Shown one piece after another: positions 27,263 through 37,055 of a stretch of DNA of 64,000 nucleotides (position 1 is its first letter; the number at the start of each line of letters is the position of its first letter). Below the pieces are notes generated by a model, which did no database searches, was not told the origin of the DNA, and saw only the letters and a program-made list of their open reading frames with translations. The position numbers and the translations under genes are program-made. The DNA is from an uncultured Bryobacteraceae bacterium (GTDB lineage Bacteria > Acidobacteriota > Terriglobia > Bryobacterales > Bryobacteraceae): NCBI GenBank assembly GCA_937920635.1, contig CAKZUE010000068.1:7999-71998 (forward strand), read 5' to 3'.

Positions 27263-28003
27263 GTGAAAGGAACCACTCCGCCCGGCGCCGCCAGCGAGCA
27301 GGAAGCCGCCGCTTATGTGCGGCGCATGTTTGGCCGCGTGGCGCGCCGCTACGATCTGCTCAACCATGTGCTCTCGTTCCAGACGGACCGCTACTGGCGC
27401 TTGCGCACGGCTCTCGAGGTGGAGGCGTTCCTCCGCCGCCCGCGGGCGCGCGTGCTCGATCTCTGTTGCGGCACGGGCGATTTGACGCTGGCGCTGGAAA
27501 GCCGCGCCGGAGACGATGCTCTGCTGGCAGGCGGCGACTTCTGCCGTCCCATGCTCGCCGAAGCCCAGCGCAAGCAGCAGCGCAAAGGCGCGCGCATTGA
27601 ATGGATCGAATGCGACGGACTCCGGCTGCCGTTTCCCGACAACAGCCTGGATCTGGTGACGATCGCGTTCGGGTTCCGGAATTTCGCCAACTACCGGGCG
27701 GCGCTCGCCGAGTTGCGCCGCGTCATCAAGCCCGGCGGCATGCTCGCCATCCTCGAGTTCTCCACGCCCCCCAATCCACTGGTGCGCGCCCTGTACCGCT
27801 TCTACTCGCAGACGCTGCTGCCCGCGCTCGGCGGCTGGATCTCGGGCGACCGCGGCGCCTACACCTACTTGCCGGACTCGGTGCGGAAGTTCCCCGGCGC
27901 GGAGCTGCTGGCGGCGGAGATGGAAGCCGCCGGCTTCACGCGCGTGCGCTTCCGCCGCATGACGTTCGGCATCGTGGCGCTGCACACGGGGCTGTCGGGC
28001 TAG
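27263..28003 (+). CDS. ubiE: demethylmenaquinone/ubiquinone C-methyltransferase
   Basis: MFGRVARRYDLLNHVLSFQTDRYWR, the SAM motif VLDLCCGTGDL, and FRNF. GTG start 5 nt after the aroB stop. Confidence 0.88.
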   Translation: MKGTTPPGAASEQEAAAYVRRMFGRVARRYDLLNHVLSFQTDRYWRLRTALEVEAFLRRPRARVLDLCCGTGDLTLALESRAGDDALLAGGDFCRPMLAEAQRKQQRKGARIEWIECDGLRLPFPDNSLDLVTIAFGFRNFANYRAALAELRRVIKPGGMLAILEFSTPPNPLVRALYRFYSQTLLPALGGWISGDRGAYTYLPDSVRKFPGAELLAAEMEAAGFTRVRFRRMTFGIVALHTGLSG

Positions 28004-28293
28004 CCGCGCAGCGCCGCCTCGATCTTCTTTTCGAGCTCCGCCTGCCCGAGCGGCGTGCTGATGAACAGCTCCTGCCGCGCGCCGGCAGCCAGGGCGATCG
28101 CCTTCCAGCCGTTCTGCACCGGCACGGTGACGCGGATGCGGACGGCGCCCCTGGCGTCGCGCACCGGGCGGATGACGCCGGGAATGACAGCGCGGATGTC
28201 GGTGTGTTCGACCAGCCGCTCGAGCACGGGGCGCAGACCGTCAATAATCGAGTGCTCGACTTTGAGTTTGTTCTGATTCGCGCGCAGCCGCAT
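28000..28293 (-). CDS. small conserved hypothetical protein (97 aa), last gene of the bamA-tamB operon
   Basis: The ATG at 28293 lies 2 nt after the tamB stop. The sequence MRLRANQNKLKVEHSIIDGLRPVLERLVEHTDIRAVIPGVI reminds me of small DUF-type proteins, but I cannot name the family with confidence. Confidence 0.5.
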   Translation of the reverse strand: MRLRANQNKLKVEHSIIDGLRPVLERLVEHTDIRAVIPGVIRPVRDARGAVRIRVTVPVQNGWKAIALAAGARQELFISTPLGQAELEKKIEAALRG

Positions 28294-28295
28294 GA

Positions 28296-31200
28296 TTATC
28301 GGAACCGCTTCCTGTAAAGAAAGTCCACGGCGAAGGCGCCGTTCTCGTCCTTGATGGCGATGACCGACCACTGCCGCGACAGGTCCCACTCGAGCCGCAC
28401 CACCTGCTGCTGCGAGCGGTTCAGGTTGGTGATGAAGGTGAGCGTCACGTCGCGCGAGATGGACTGCTCGATGCTCAGGCGCGCCTGCGGCAAGGCGTCC
28501 ACGCCGACGTTGCTCGGATCGATGCGCAGGCGCGAGGCGCCGAAAAAGCGCTCGGTGCGCGTGTTCAGCCCGGCGGTGAGCGCCGTGCCGAGCAGCGTGT
28601 TGGTGCCGGCGGAGTTCTCCATCACCGTCTGGCTGCGGATGCGGTCAGTGGCCACCACCGAGCCCGACGTCGCCGCCGGCGTGCGCCCCACGGTGAGCAG
28701 CGCCAGGATTTCGGACGACTGCAACGGAGGCTCCGAGCGGTAGGTGACGTTGAGGCGAGACAGCGGTCCGCTGACGTTGATGTAGACGGTGATGCCGCGG
28801 ACGCGCGTCTCCAGGTCGAGATCCACCTGCGGAGCCACGGCGGCGGTGTTGTAAAAGAGCAGTTCGCCGCGCGCGATGTTGTAACGGTTGCCAAAGAAGT
28901 TCACCTCGCCCTGGCTGGCGTAAACCGAGCCGAGCAGAATCGGCTTGGCCGGGCTGCCGCGCAGGCGCAGATCTCCCTCCAGTTGCAGGTCGCTCGTATA
29001 GGACATGACGAAGATCGCATCCGGCGCGGTGCGCAGGCGGACATCAAACTGGAGGTTGCGCAGGAACTCGTTCTGCGTGATGGCGGCGCCGCCGCCCACG
29101 CCGCCCAGCAGATTGCCCGCGTCTCCCGTGACGACAAAGCCGGAGCGCTTCACCGTCACCAGGCCAGACAGCACGCTGGCTGCGGAAGAGCCCGTGAGCG
29201 CCAGCTCCGCGTCCACGGTGTTGCTGACGCCCTCGGGATAGCGCAGGCGCACGTTGTTCAGTTGCGCCTGAAGACGGAAGGTCAGCTCGCCGCGAGCCAG
29301 TCCGACGAAGCCCGAAAGCGCCGCCGCGCCGCCGCCGGAGACGCCGGTCAGTTTCTGGATGTTGGCGCGGTTGCGGTCAAAGTAGATGGTTCCGTTGACG
29401 TCGCTGAGTCCGACCGGCAGATCCCGCAGATAGAAGGAAGCCTTCACGATCTCCATCTGCCCGCTCACCTGCGGCTCGGCGGCCGGGCCGCGCAGCACGG
29501 CGCGCAGCCGCCCCGCGCCGTCGGTGGTCAGGCCGGGATAGAACGAGCCCAGCACCGCCAGGTTCGCCGTCCCGCGGGCTTCCAGATTCCATGGCGCGGG
29601 GGAGGCGAACTCGTATGCGCCGCTGAGCGTCAGGTCCGTTTCCAGCGCGGCGAACTGCGCCTGCTTCACGCGCACGGCCTTGTCGTCGAAGTCGAATACC
29701 AGCGGCCCGGAGTTGCGCAGGAACAGCTCCTGCGGCAGCGGAACTTCGGCCGGCGCCTCCTCCGGCGCCGGGCGCAGTTCGAGCTTCGGAATCGTGATCC
29801 GCCCTGCGAGTCCGGTGAGCGTTGCCAGTTCGATCCTGCCGTCAATCTCGGTGTCGAAGACGCCGGAGACGGGCAAGTCCTCGTCCGCAGCCTGACCGGC
29901 GTCTTTGAGCACCCTGTGCAGCAGTCCAACCTGCAGCGAGGGCCACTTCAGGCGGAATTCCGCCGGCCAGCCGCCAGCCAGGCGCACGGAAGCCGATGCC
30001 TCTGCCGGCGCCGGCTTCGCATCCAGCCGGGCGCGCACGGCGAGCATCTCGCCCTTCGTTTCCGCCTCGGCGCGCAGCGGGCCGAACTCGGTGGATCCCA
30101 GACGCAGGGCCGAGGTGGTCAGGACGCCGTCGATGGAGGACAGGCGCGGGGTTCCATTTTCGATCCGCGCGCCCACTGCGCCGCTGGCCTCCACGGCCGT
30201 GTCCAGCGGCAGGGCGAGATCGCGGAAGAGGGCGAACTCGGCGGTCCGGAGCCCGCTCACCGACGCCCGCGCCTGGATGCGGCCGTTGCGGGGATCGTCC
30301 GGCTCATGCTCCCACAAGCCGTCAGCAAGCAGGCGCGCGCCGTTGCGCTGGGCCGACAGCCGGAACTTTCCGGAGCGGTCGAGCGCCGCCTCCACGGAAA
30401 CCCGTCCCAGCGTCTCGCCGCCCCACGCCGCGTCTTCGACCAGAAGGCGCAGCGAGCCGCGCGGCTGGTACAGTTCTCCGTCCAGCTCCACCGTCCCGGC
30501 AGCCACGCCGCGCACCTCTCCGGGCAGCCGCGCCAGCCGCAGCAACTGCGCCAGATCGGCGCGGTTGACCTCCAGCAAGCCCTGCAACACGCCGCGCGGG
30601 TGCGGACGCCACTCGTCGAGCCCCAGCGTCAACGCGCCGTTGAGTTGCCCTGCGCTCTGCCGCAGCATGAAAGGCGCCACCTGCAGCCGGCGCCTGTCGA
30701 TGGCGAAGCGCGCCGTCAGCCGTTCCAAGGGAATCCCCTCGGACACCAGGCGGGTGGCTGTGACGGAGCCGCTGAGGCGCAGATCGTCCAGAGGCCCGTC
30801 CACATGCACCACGCCGTTCACCGACCCATGATCCAGCGTGACGGGCAGCGCGAGCCCCTCGCCCGCGCCCACGGCTGCCAGCAGCGCCGGAATCTCATCG
30901 AGGCTGGTCGCATAGACGCCCGCTTCCAGCGAACGGCCGAGAGTGCCGCGGAACGACGCCCGCAGGGAGCGCGTGGCCAGCGCGGAGTCTTCGAACTCGA
31001 TGCAGGCGCACTGCTGCCGCCAGGCCAACTGTACGCGCCCTTCCAGCGGCAACGCGCCTTCCGCCGGCGCCACATCCAGCGCCGCCCGAACCTCGGCGCC
31101 GCGCGGCCCCGCCGGAGTCAGGCCCACGCGGATGCTGGCGGGCCCCGAGAGCCTGGCATCGAGAGAAGTCAGCGGCTGGCGCAGGACCGCTTGCAGGCGC

Positions 31201-32264
31201 ATCAGGCTGGCCTCTTCCGCCTGCCCCTTCATCTCGAGATCGCGCCAGTCCGTCAGCCGCAGCGAGCCGCGCCAGTCCAGATAAGGGCTTGCGATCTCCA
31301 GCGGCGCGATCTCGAGCCCTTCCGCAGAGAGCGCAAAGCGGCCCTTCGCATCCAGCCGCCGCACCTGGAAATCCGCGCCCGCGAAGGCCAGCTGTTCGGC
31401 CCGCAGGCCGCCTTCGACGCGCAGCGGCTGCCCGGGCATCAGGCTCACCTTGCCCGAGGAAACGGCGAAGCCCTGGCGCACGGGGCTCATCGCGAGGTCG
31501 CGCAACAGCACTGCGGCGCGATAGTCGAAATCCACGGCGGGCTCGCGCAGGTGCTTCACGGTTCCGGACCAGGCCACGCGGCTGTCGCCGAGCCGGGCTG
31601 CGCCGCGCGTGATCTCCACTTCGTCGGCGCCCAGCCACCCATCCAGAGTGATCGCCGGATTCAACCCCCAGGGCAGCGCCGCGCGCCCGGCCTCCAGGTT
31701 CAGGCCGTAACGCGCGCGAGGGAAGTCGTATGCCAGCCCGAGATCGAACTCCTCGAGCTTCAGATCGAAATCCACGCGCCGGTCATTCAGCTCGAAATGC
31801 GCGCGGCGCAGGTCGAGCAGCCCGATGCGCAGGCGCACCAGATCCTCCACCGGCGTGGCCTTGCGCCGCGGTCCCGGCGGCTGCGGCAGGTTCGTCGTGC
31901 CGTCTTCGCGATGGTAGAGGTGAACTCGCGGGGCCTCGATCCTCACTTCCCGCACAGCAAAGCGCCGCGCCGAGAACGGCCGCAGCGACAGCCGCGCCGT
32001 GATGCGAGCCGCGCGGAACAGCGGATTTTCTCCATCCCGCGGCGCTCCATCGAGGGTGAACTCTTCCAGCCGCACCGTCAGCGTGAGCCAGTCGATTTCG
32101 AGCCGGCCCATCGAGGCGCGGCTGCCGGTGGCGTTGCGCACGGCGCGGATGGCTTCATCGCGGAGCCGCTCGCGCAGCCAGTCCGAATTGAGGATCACAG
32201 CCGCAGCCATCAGCAGCGTCACCGCGCCTGCCACGAACCCCGCCAGCAGCCACCGCCGCATCAC
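28296..32264 (-). CDS. tamB: translocation and assembly module subunit TamB-like (AsmA/DUF490 family)
   Basis: 1322 aa. One N-terminal anchor helix (MMRRWLLAGFVAGAVTLLMAAAVIL), a long beta-rich repetitive body, and a C-terminal DUF490-like segment (LTFITNLNRSQQQVVRLEWDLSRQWSVIAIKDENG). The ATG overlaps the upstream stop (ATGA). Confidence 0.85.
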   Translation of the reverse strand: MMRRWLLAGFVAGAVTLLMAAAVILNSDWLRERLRDEAIRAVRNATGSRASMGRLEIDWLTLTVRLEEFTLDGAPRDGENPLFRAARITARLSLRPFSARRFAVREVRIEAPRVHLYHREDGTTNLPQPPGPRRKATPVEDLVRLRIGLLDLRRAHFELNDRRVDFDLKLEEFDLGLAYDFPRARYGLNLEAGRAALPWGLNPAITLDGWLGADEVEITRGAARLGDSRVAWSGTVKHLREPAVDFDYRAAVLLRDLAMSPVRQGFAVSSGKVSLMPGQPLRVEGGLRAEQLAFAGADFQVRRLDAKGRFALSAEGLEIAPLEIASPYLDWRGSLRLTDWRDLEMKGQAEEASLMRLQAVLRQPLTSLDARLSGPASIRVGLTPAGPRGAEVRAALDVAPAEGALPLEGRVQLAWRQQCACIEFEDSALATRSLRASFRGTLGRSLEAGVYATSLDEIPALLAAVGAGEGLALPVTLDHGSVNGVVHVDGPLDDLRLSGSVTATRLVSEGIPLERLTARFAIDRRRLQVAPFMLRQSAGQLNGALTLGLDEWRPHPRGVLQGLLEVNRADLAQLLRLARLPGEVRGVAAGTVELDGELYQPRGSLRLLVEDAAWGGETLGRVSVEAALDRSGKFRLSAQRNGARLLADGLWEHEPDDPRNGRIQARASVSGLRTAEFALFRDLALPLDTAVEASGAVGARIENGTPRLSSIDGVLTTSALRLGSTEFGPLRAEAETKGEMLAVRARLDAKPAPAEASASVRLAGGWPAEFRLKWPSLQVGLLHRVLKDAGQAADEDLPVSGVFDTEIDGRIELATLTGLAGRITIPKLELRPAPEEAPAEVPLPQELFLRNSGPLVFDFDDKAVRVKQAQFAALETDLTLSGAYEFASPAPWNLEARGTANLAVLGSFYPGLTTDGAGRLRAVLRGPAAEPQVSGQMEIVKASFYLRDLPVGLSDVNGTIYFDRNRANIQKLTGVSGGGAAALSGFVGLARGELTFRLQAQLNNVRLRYPEGVSNTVDAELALTGSSAASVLSGLVTVKRSGFVVTGDAGNLLGGVGGGAAITQNEFLRNLQFDVRLRTAPDAIFVMSYTSDLQLEGDLRLRGSPAKPILLGSVYASQGEVNFFGNRYNIARGELLFYNTAAVAPQVDLDLETRVRGITVYINVSGPLSRLNVTYRSEPPLQSSEILALLTVGRTPAATSGSVVATDRIRSQTVMENSAGTNTLLGTALTAGLNTRTERFFGASRLRIDPSNVGVDALPQARLSIEQSISRDVTLTFITNLNRSQQQVVRLEWDLSRQWSVIAIKDENGAFAVDFLYRKRFR

Positions 32265-32932
32265 CGGCCGCCTCCTTCCGGACGGAACGCCTCATCGAAA
32301 TAGCGGATGCGCAGGCTCTGCCGCATCTGCCGCAGCCACTCTTCCATGGCGGCGTTGACCTTGCGCGTGGCCAGGATGCGCTCGATCATCGCCCGCACGG
32401 CGCCCAGCTCCGCAACGGCCCCGCCCGGACTCGTCTGGCGCAGCGCGGGCAGCAATTCCGACTCGTAATAGGCCTGCACCTCCTCGTCGCTCACCTGCAC
32501 GCCCGGCGCGAAACGGTAATCGATGAAGCGCGTCACGGTCAGCCGCGCCTGCATTTCGCGGCGGAACTCCTCCTCGCTGAAGCCAGCGCGCTGAAGCGCC
32601 TCCAGGAGCTGCTCCCGGCTCCACTTCATTTCCATGAGAAAGGACTCGATCGCCTGGTCCGCTTCCGCCATGGTGGGCGGGCTGTAGCGGCTCAGATCCA
32701 GCTCACGGCGCACGATCAACAGGTCGAGGAGCTGCTCGGCTGCCTGCCGGCGGTTCTGTTCCGTGTCTTCGACCGGCGCGCCGGATACGATCGCCCGGAA
32801 GCGGAGGTGGCGGAGGATGCCGCTCAACGTCACGGCCTGCGGACCCGCCGCCACGGCCACGCGGTCGAGGATCTCAGCGCCTGCCGCCGGCAGCGCCAGG
32901 GGCGTCAACAGGAATGCGAGCGCGCGCATCAT
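32261..32932 (-). CDS. periplasmic chaperone-like protein (SurA N-terminal domain only; no PPIase domain)
   Basis: Signal peptide MMRALAFLLTPLALPAAGA, then EILDRVAVAAGPQAVTLSGIL (compare the SurA N-terminus) and helical repeats. 223 aa. The start overlaps the bamA stop by 1 nt. Confidence 0.6.
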   Translation of the reverse strand: MMRALAFLLTPLALPAAGAEILDRVAVAAGPQAVTLSGILRHLRFRAIVSGAPVEDTEQNRRQAAEQLLDLLIVRRELDLSRYSPPTMAEADQAIESFLMEMKWSREQLLEALQRAGFSEEEFRREMQARLTVTRFIDYRFAPGVQVSDEEVQAYYESELLPALRQTSPGGAVAELGAVRAMIERILATRKVNAAMEEWLRQMRQSLRIRYFDEAFRPEGGGR

Positions 32933-35856
32933 CAGAACGTCTGTCCGATCGAGAAATGCCATTGGAACTGGCTCACCCGCTGCGGCACATTGAACTTGCC
33001 CTGGCCGCGGCGCAGGTCGTCCCAGGTCCCTTCAAAGCCGACGAACCGGGGGCTGTTGCCCGCGAAAGCGAAGTCGACGCGCAGCGGACCGACGGGCGTC
33101 TTCAGGCGGAAACCGAGCCCCGCCGCCTGCACCATGTAGTCGAAGTCCTGCCGGTCCCGCTGCGAGAAACGGAACGAAAGCTCGCCGAGCGACGAATACA
33201 CGTTGCCCATGTCATGGAATAAGACGGCGCCGACGCTGTCGCCGAGTAACGGAAACCGCAGCTCGTGCTGGAAAAAGAGAAAGGCTTTTCCGCCGATGGG
33301 GAAGCCGGTGACCAGATCGCGCGGCCCCGCCTGGTTGTCCGGGAAACCGCGGTGCGTGGAAGCGCCGCCCGCGTAAAAGTTCTCCGGCAGCGGCACCGGC
33401 CGCTCCGAAAGATTGTACAGCCACCCGAAGCTCGTGGCGCGGGCGAAGATCACTTCACGCCGCACCGGATGGTAAGTGGAGTTGCGCGCCACCAGGCGCG
33501 TGTAGTTCGTGCTCGAACGGGCGAAGCTCGGCGCGAAACCGAAGTCGAGCGTGTTGGCGATGCCGCGGTGGGAGTTGATGGGATCGTCGCGGCGGTCCTG
33601 GATCAGCGACGCCGACAGCGTGATGGTTTTTACGGGCTGGGAGAAGACGGGGATCAGATTGGGGTCGATCTTCAGGGTTTCCGCGTCGATGAAGACGAAG
33701 CGGGAGATCACGCGGTATTGCACCGTCAGGTCGCGCGAGAGCCGCTGCCCGATCTGGACGGCGCTCTCGTTGCGGCGCGAGGTGAACGTGCGGATGTCTC
33801 TGCTCTGGTCGAGCAGCGAGCTGAAGGAGAGGTTCACGTTCTGGTTGCCGAAGAATTGCGGCGCGATGTAGTTCAGCAGCAGGCGCTGCTGGATGTTGGA
33901 GACGCGCACCAGCGCGCTGGCGGTGTGGGCGAGGCCGAAGATGTTGGAACGCGTGATGCCGAGCAGCCCGCGGGGCGCGAAGCCCGCCGCGCCGGCGGGC
34001 GAGTCGAAGTTGTTGCCCGTGCCGATGCGGCCCATCTCCGCGCCGAAGCCCAGGGTGAGCGAGTATTTCCGCGCTTCGTCGAGTTGCAGCAGGACGTACT
34101 TGTTGCGCTCGCGCCCCTCCGGGTTCTGCACCGCCATGTCCACCTTGGCGAAGATGCCGAGATCGTACAGCCTCCGCTGCGTCTCCACCATGTCGCTCTG
34201 CGACAGCGGCTCGCCCGGGCGCATGGCGATGCGGTTGCGCACCAGGTCCGGGCGCGTCGATTCCAGCCCGCGTACGAGCACGTCCCGCACGAAGTTGCGG
34301 CGTCCCTCGCGCACCTGGTAGCGGACGATCATGCGGTACGGCGCCTCCGCCGGCGCCACTGAGGCGTCGAACGCCGCCTCCGGATAACCGTTGTTGAAGT
34401 ACCAGCCGAGCACGGCGTCCCGGTCCGCCGCCACGTTGGCAGCCGAGTAAGGCTGCCCGGGGGAACTGCTCAGGAGAGACAGGACCGTGTCGTACAGCCG
34501 CAGGTCGACGCCGCTCAGCTCCACCCGCTCCACCAGATATTGCGGCCCTTCCGTCACCTCGAAGCGCGCGGCGATGTCGCTGGCCCTGTTGCGCCAGTTG
34601 TGCTCGATCCGCGTGCGGATGGAGACGTCGCGGAAGCCGTTGGAGATGTAGAGCGCCTCCAGCGACGCCCGGTCGCCATCGAGCATCTCCGGACTGAACC
34701 GCCCGTTGCGGTAGCGCGGAAACCGGGCCGGGATAATGGACAGCCGCTCGCGCAACGTCTCTTCGGAGAAATAGCGGTTGCCGCTGAACTGCACGGCCGC
34801 CAGGCGGTAGCGCGGGCCCCGGTTGACCCGGTAGACGATCACCTGCTCGCCCGAAGGAGCGGGATCGGGCATCACAAAAGTGACGCGGGCGTCGAAATAG
34901 CCCCGGCTGCGGAAGCGCTCTTCGAGGTTTCTCTGCCCTTCCAGAAGCAGTTCGCGGTCCACCGTGCGCTCCTGGTAAATCGGAACCAGCCGGCGCAACT
35001 CCCCGCCACCCACCCGCGCCCCCTCCGCGCGCACCCGCACGCGCGGGCCGGGATCCACCTCGATGCGTGGCGCGGCAGTCTGCTTTTCCGAGTCGAACGA
35101 CAGCTCCACCAGCCGCACCGAGGACCGCAGGTAGCCGTCATTGCGGTAGGCGTCCTGCATTCTTTCCAGCCCCCGCTGGAGCCGCGCCGAGGTCAGCTCC
35201 TGCCACCCCCGCAGCCCGAACCACCGCTGCCAGCCGCTGCGGCGCAGGAGGGATTTTTCCGATTTCAGCAGCGTCCCTTCAAACTGCGGCCGTGCGAAGC
35301 GCGCCCGCCTCCCCGGCTGGATGTGGAAGCGGATGTCGGTCTCTCCGGTCTCCGGCCGCCGGATGGTGTCGTACCGGACCTGGGCGCCATAGTAGCCGTT
35401 GGCCCGCAGCAGCTCTTTCAGGTTCTCCGCCGCCCCCGGCAGCATGTCTTCATCGAAAGGATCGCCCAGGCTGAGCCGCGTGCTGTTGGCCAGTTGCGCC
35501 ACGTTCGGCGGCTCCGGCACGGGATCGACATCCACGAGGCTCACAAAAAAGGCAGGTTTTGTTTCAAACGTGAGCGCCACTCCCCCGTTGGCCTCTTCGG
35601 CCCGGACCACGATGTCGGCAAACCGCCCCGTGGCCCACAGCCGCCCGACCGCCTGCGACAGCGCCGTCTCCTCGAGCACGTCGCCCGGACGGATCTGGAG
35701 AGCCAGGCCGAGCTGATCGCGGGTCAGCGGCTGGCGGACCGGATCGAACGCGATGTCCGAGATCCGCTTCCCGTACAACCGGCTCGGCGCGATCTGCGCG
35801 CCCAGCCCGCCGGCCAGGCACACCACAAGCGCAAAGGCTGGCACAAGCCTTTTCAC
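32932..35856 (-). CDS. bamA: outer-membrane protein assembly factor BamA (Omp85), long form
   Basis: 974 aa. Signal peptide, multiple POTRA-like repeats, and a C-terminal Omp85 barrel ending in FSIGQTF. GTG start. Confidence 0.92.
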   Translation of the reverse strand: MKRLVPAFALVVCLAGGLGAQIAPSRLYGKRISDIAFDPVRQPLTRDQLGLALQIRPGDVLEETALSQAVGRLWATGRFADIVVRAEEANGGVALTFETKPAFFVSLVDVDPVPEPPNVAQLANSTRLSLGDPFDEDMLPGAAENLKELLRANGYYGAQVRYDTIRRPETGETDIRFHIQPGRRARFARPQFEGTLLKSEKSLLRRSGWQRWFGLRGWQELTSARLQRGLERMQDAYRNDGYLRSSVRLVELSFDSEKQTAAPRIEVDPGPRVRVRAEGARVGGGELRRLVPIYQERTVDRELLLEGQRNLEERFRSRGYFDARVTFVMPDPAPSGEQVIVYRVNRGPRYRLAAVQFSGNRYFSEETLRERLSIIPARFPRYRNGRFSPEMLDGDRASLEALYISNGFRDVSIRTRIEHNWRNRASDIAARFEVTEGPQYLVERVELSGVDLRLYDTVLSLLSSSPGQPYSAANVAADRDAVLGWYFNNGYPEAAFDASVAPAEAPYRMIVRYQVREGRRNFVRDVLVRGLESTRPDLVRNRIAMRPGEPLSQSDMVETQRRLYDLGIFAKVDMAVQNPEGRERNKYVLLQLDEARKYSLTLGFGAEMGRIGTGNNFDSPAGAAGFAPRGLLGITRSNIFGLAHTASALVRVSNIQQRLLLNYIAPQFFGNQNVNLSFSSLLDQSRDIRTFTSRRNESAVQIGQRLSRDLTVQYRVISRFVFIDAETLKIDPNLIPVFSQPVKTITLSASLIQDRRDDPINSHRGIANTLDFGFAPSFARSSTNYTRLVARNSTYHPVRREVIFARATSFGWLYNLSERPVPLPENFYAGGASTHRGFPDNQAGPRDLVTGFPIGGKAFLFFQHELRFPLLGDSVGAVLFHDMGNVYSSLGELSFRFSQRDRQDFDYMVQAAGLGFRLKTPVGPLRVDFAFAGNSPRFVGFEGTWDDLRRGQGKFNVPQRVSQFQWHFSIGQTF

Positions 35857-35864
35857 TGACTGTC

Positions 35865-35870
35865 ATCTTA
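35865..35870 (-). promoter_or_regulatory. candidate -10 (TAAGAT) 8 nt upstream of the bamA GTG
   Basis: The minus strand reads TAAGAT, then GACAGTCA (8 nt), then GTG (35856). No Shine-Dalgarno. Confidence 0.4.
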
Positions 35871-35900
35871 CCGTGCGGCGCGCGGCCCTCCGGCGGCCGC

Positions 35901-35909
35901 TGTTACCAT
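35901..35909 (+). promoter_or_regulatory. candidate extended -10 (TGTTACCAT) upstream of the ThiF-like gene
   Basis: TGT-TACCAT ends 1 nt before GTG 35911 and 10 nt before the in-frame ATG 35920. This suggests the real start is ATG 35920 with a 3-4 nt leader. Confidence 0.4.
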
Positions 35910-35910
35910 C

Positions 35911-36936
35911 GTGAGTGGAATGTCCGATCCCTGGCGCGAACGTTACAGCCGCCAGATCCTCTTCCCCGGCATCGGCGAAGAGGGCCAGATGCGGCTGCGC
36001 GATGCCACCGCCGCCGTGGTGGGCTGCGGCGCGCTCGGCTCGTTCCATGCGGGTGCGCTCGCGCGCGCCGGCATCGGGCGGCTGATTCTCATCGACCGCG
36101 ATTTTGTCGAGTGGAGCAACCTGCAACGTCAATGGCTCTACGAAGAAGGCGACGCCCGCGACGCCCTGCCCAAGGCCATCGCCGCGGCGCGGGCGCTGGC
36201 GCGCATCAACAGCGAGATTTGCGTCGAGCCTCAAGTGGCCGACCTGACGCCCGAAAACATCGGGGAACTGCTGGAAGGCGCCGCTGTCGTCCTGGACGGA
36301 ACCGACAACTTCGAGACGCGGTTCCTGCTGAACGACTATTGCGTCGAGCACGCCGTGCCGTGGATCTACGGCGGGGCGGTGGGTTCCTACGGAGTCTCGA
36401 TGCCGGTGATGCCCGCCAGCGGCGCCTGCTTTGAGTGCGTGTTTCCCGAGCCGCCCCAGGGTCCGCAGCCGACGTGCGAAACGGCAGGGGTGGTGAACAC
36501 GATCACTTCGCTGGTCGCCTCCTGGCAGGTCTCGCTGGCGTTGCAGATCCTGTGCGGGCGGCAGCCGGAGCTGAAGATCACGATGTTCGACGTCTGGGGC
36601 GGCACGGTGCGGCAGGTCGAGATGCCGCCGCGCGATCCGCAATGCCCGGCTTGCGGGCAGCGGACCTGCCGCTTTCTTCACGGCGCCGCGCGCGTGCCGG
36701 TGAGCCTGTGCGGGCGGAACGCGGTGCAGATCCACGACCGCAAGCGCCCCCTCGATCTGGACGAGCTGGCCCGCCGCCTGTCCGCTCTCGGCGAAGTGCG
36801 CCACAACGGCTTCGCCCTGCGCTTCCTGATCCCGCCCCACGAGATGACCATCTTCCCTGACGGCCGCGCCATCATCAAGGGAACCCAGGATCCCGGTCTG
36901 GCCCGCAGCCTGTATTCCCGATTTGTTGGCAACTGA
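35911..36936 (+). CDS. ThiF/MoeB/HesA-family adenylyltransferase (E1-like) with ~90-aa C-terminal extension
   Basis: RYSRQILFPGIGEEGQMRLRDATAAVVGCGALGS, DRDFVEWSNLQRQ, and zinc motifs CFEC and CPAC. The start may be ATG 35920 (3 codons shorter). Confidence 0.85.
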   Translation: MSGMSDPWRERYSRQILFPGIGEEGQMRLRDATAAVVGCGALGSFHAGALARAGIGRLILIDRDFVEWSNLQRQWLYEEGDARDALPKAIAAARALARINSEICVEPQVADLTPENIGELLEGAAVVLDGTDNFETRFLLNDYCVEHAVPWIYGGAVGSYGVSMPVMPASGACFECVFPEPPQGPQPTCETAGVVNTITSLVASWQVSLALQILCGRQPELKITMFDVWGGTVRQVEMPPRDPQCPACGQRTCRFLHGAARVPVSLCGRNAVQIHDRKRPLDLDELARRLSALGEVRHNGFALRFLIPPHEMTIFPDGRAIIKGTQDPGLARSLYSRFVGN

Positions 36937-36952
36937 ACCGCAGGCAGCAGGG

Positions 36953-36958
36953 TACACT
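36953..36958 (+). promoter_or_regulatory. candidate -10 (TACACT) for tRNA-Val
   Basis: TACACT ends 9 nt before the mature tRNA 5' end (36968). Confidence 0.35.
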
Positions 36959-36967
36959 CAAGACTGA

Positions 36968-37044
36968 GGGCGGTTAGCTCAGTTGGTCAGAGCGCGTGCC
37001 TTACAAGCACGAGGCCGCAGGTTCGAGCCCTGCACCGCCCACCA
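36968..37044 (+). tRNA. tRNA-Val (anticodon TAC), CCA encoded
   Basis: Manual cloverleaf: acceptor GGGCGGT/ACCGCCC, D stem GCTC/GAGC, anticodon stem CGTGC/GCACG with loop CTTACAA, 5-nt variable loop, T arm GCAGG-TTCGAGC-CCTGC, discriminator A, then CCA. 77 nt. Confidence 0.93.
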
Positions 37045-37055
37045 CCGGAGCTCTC

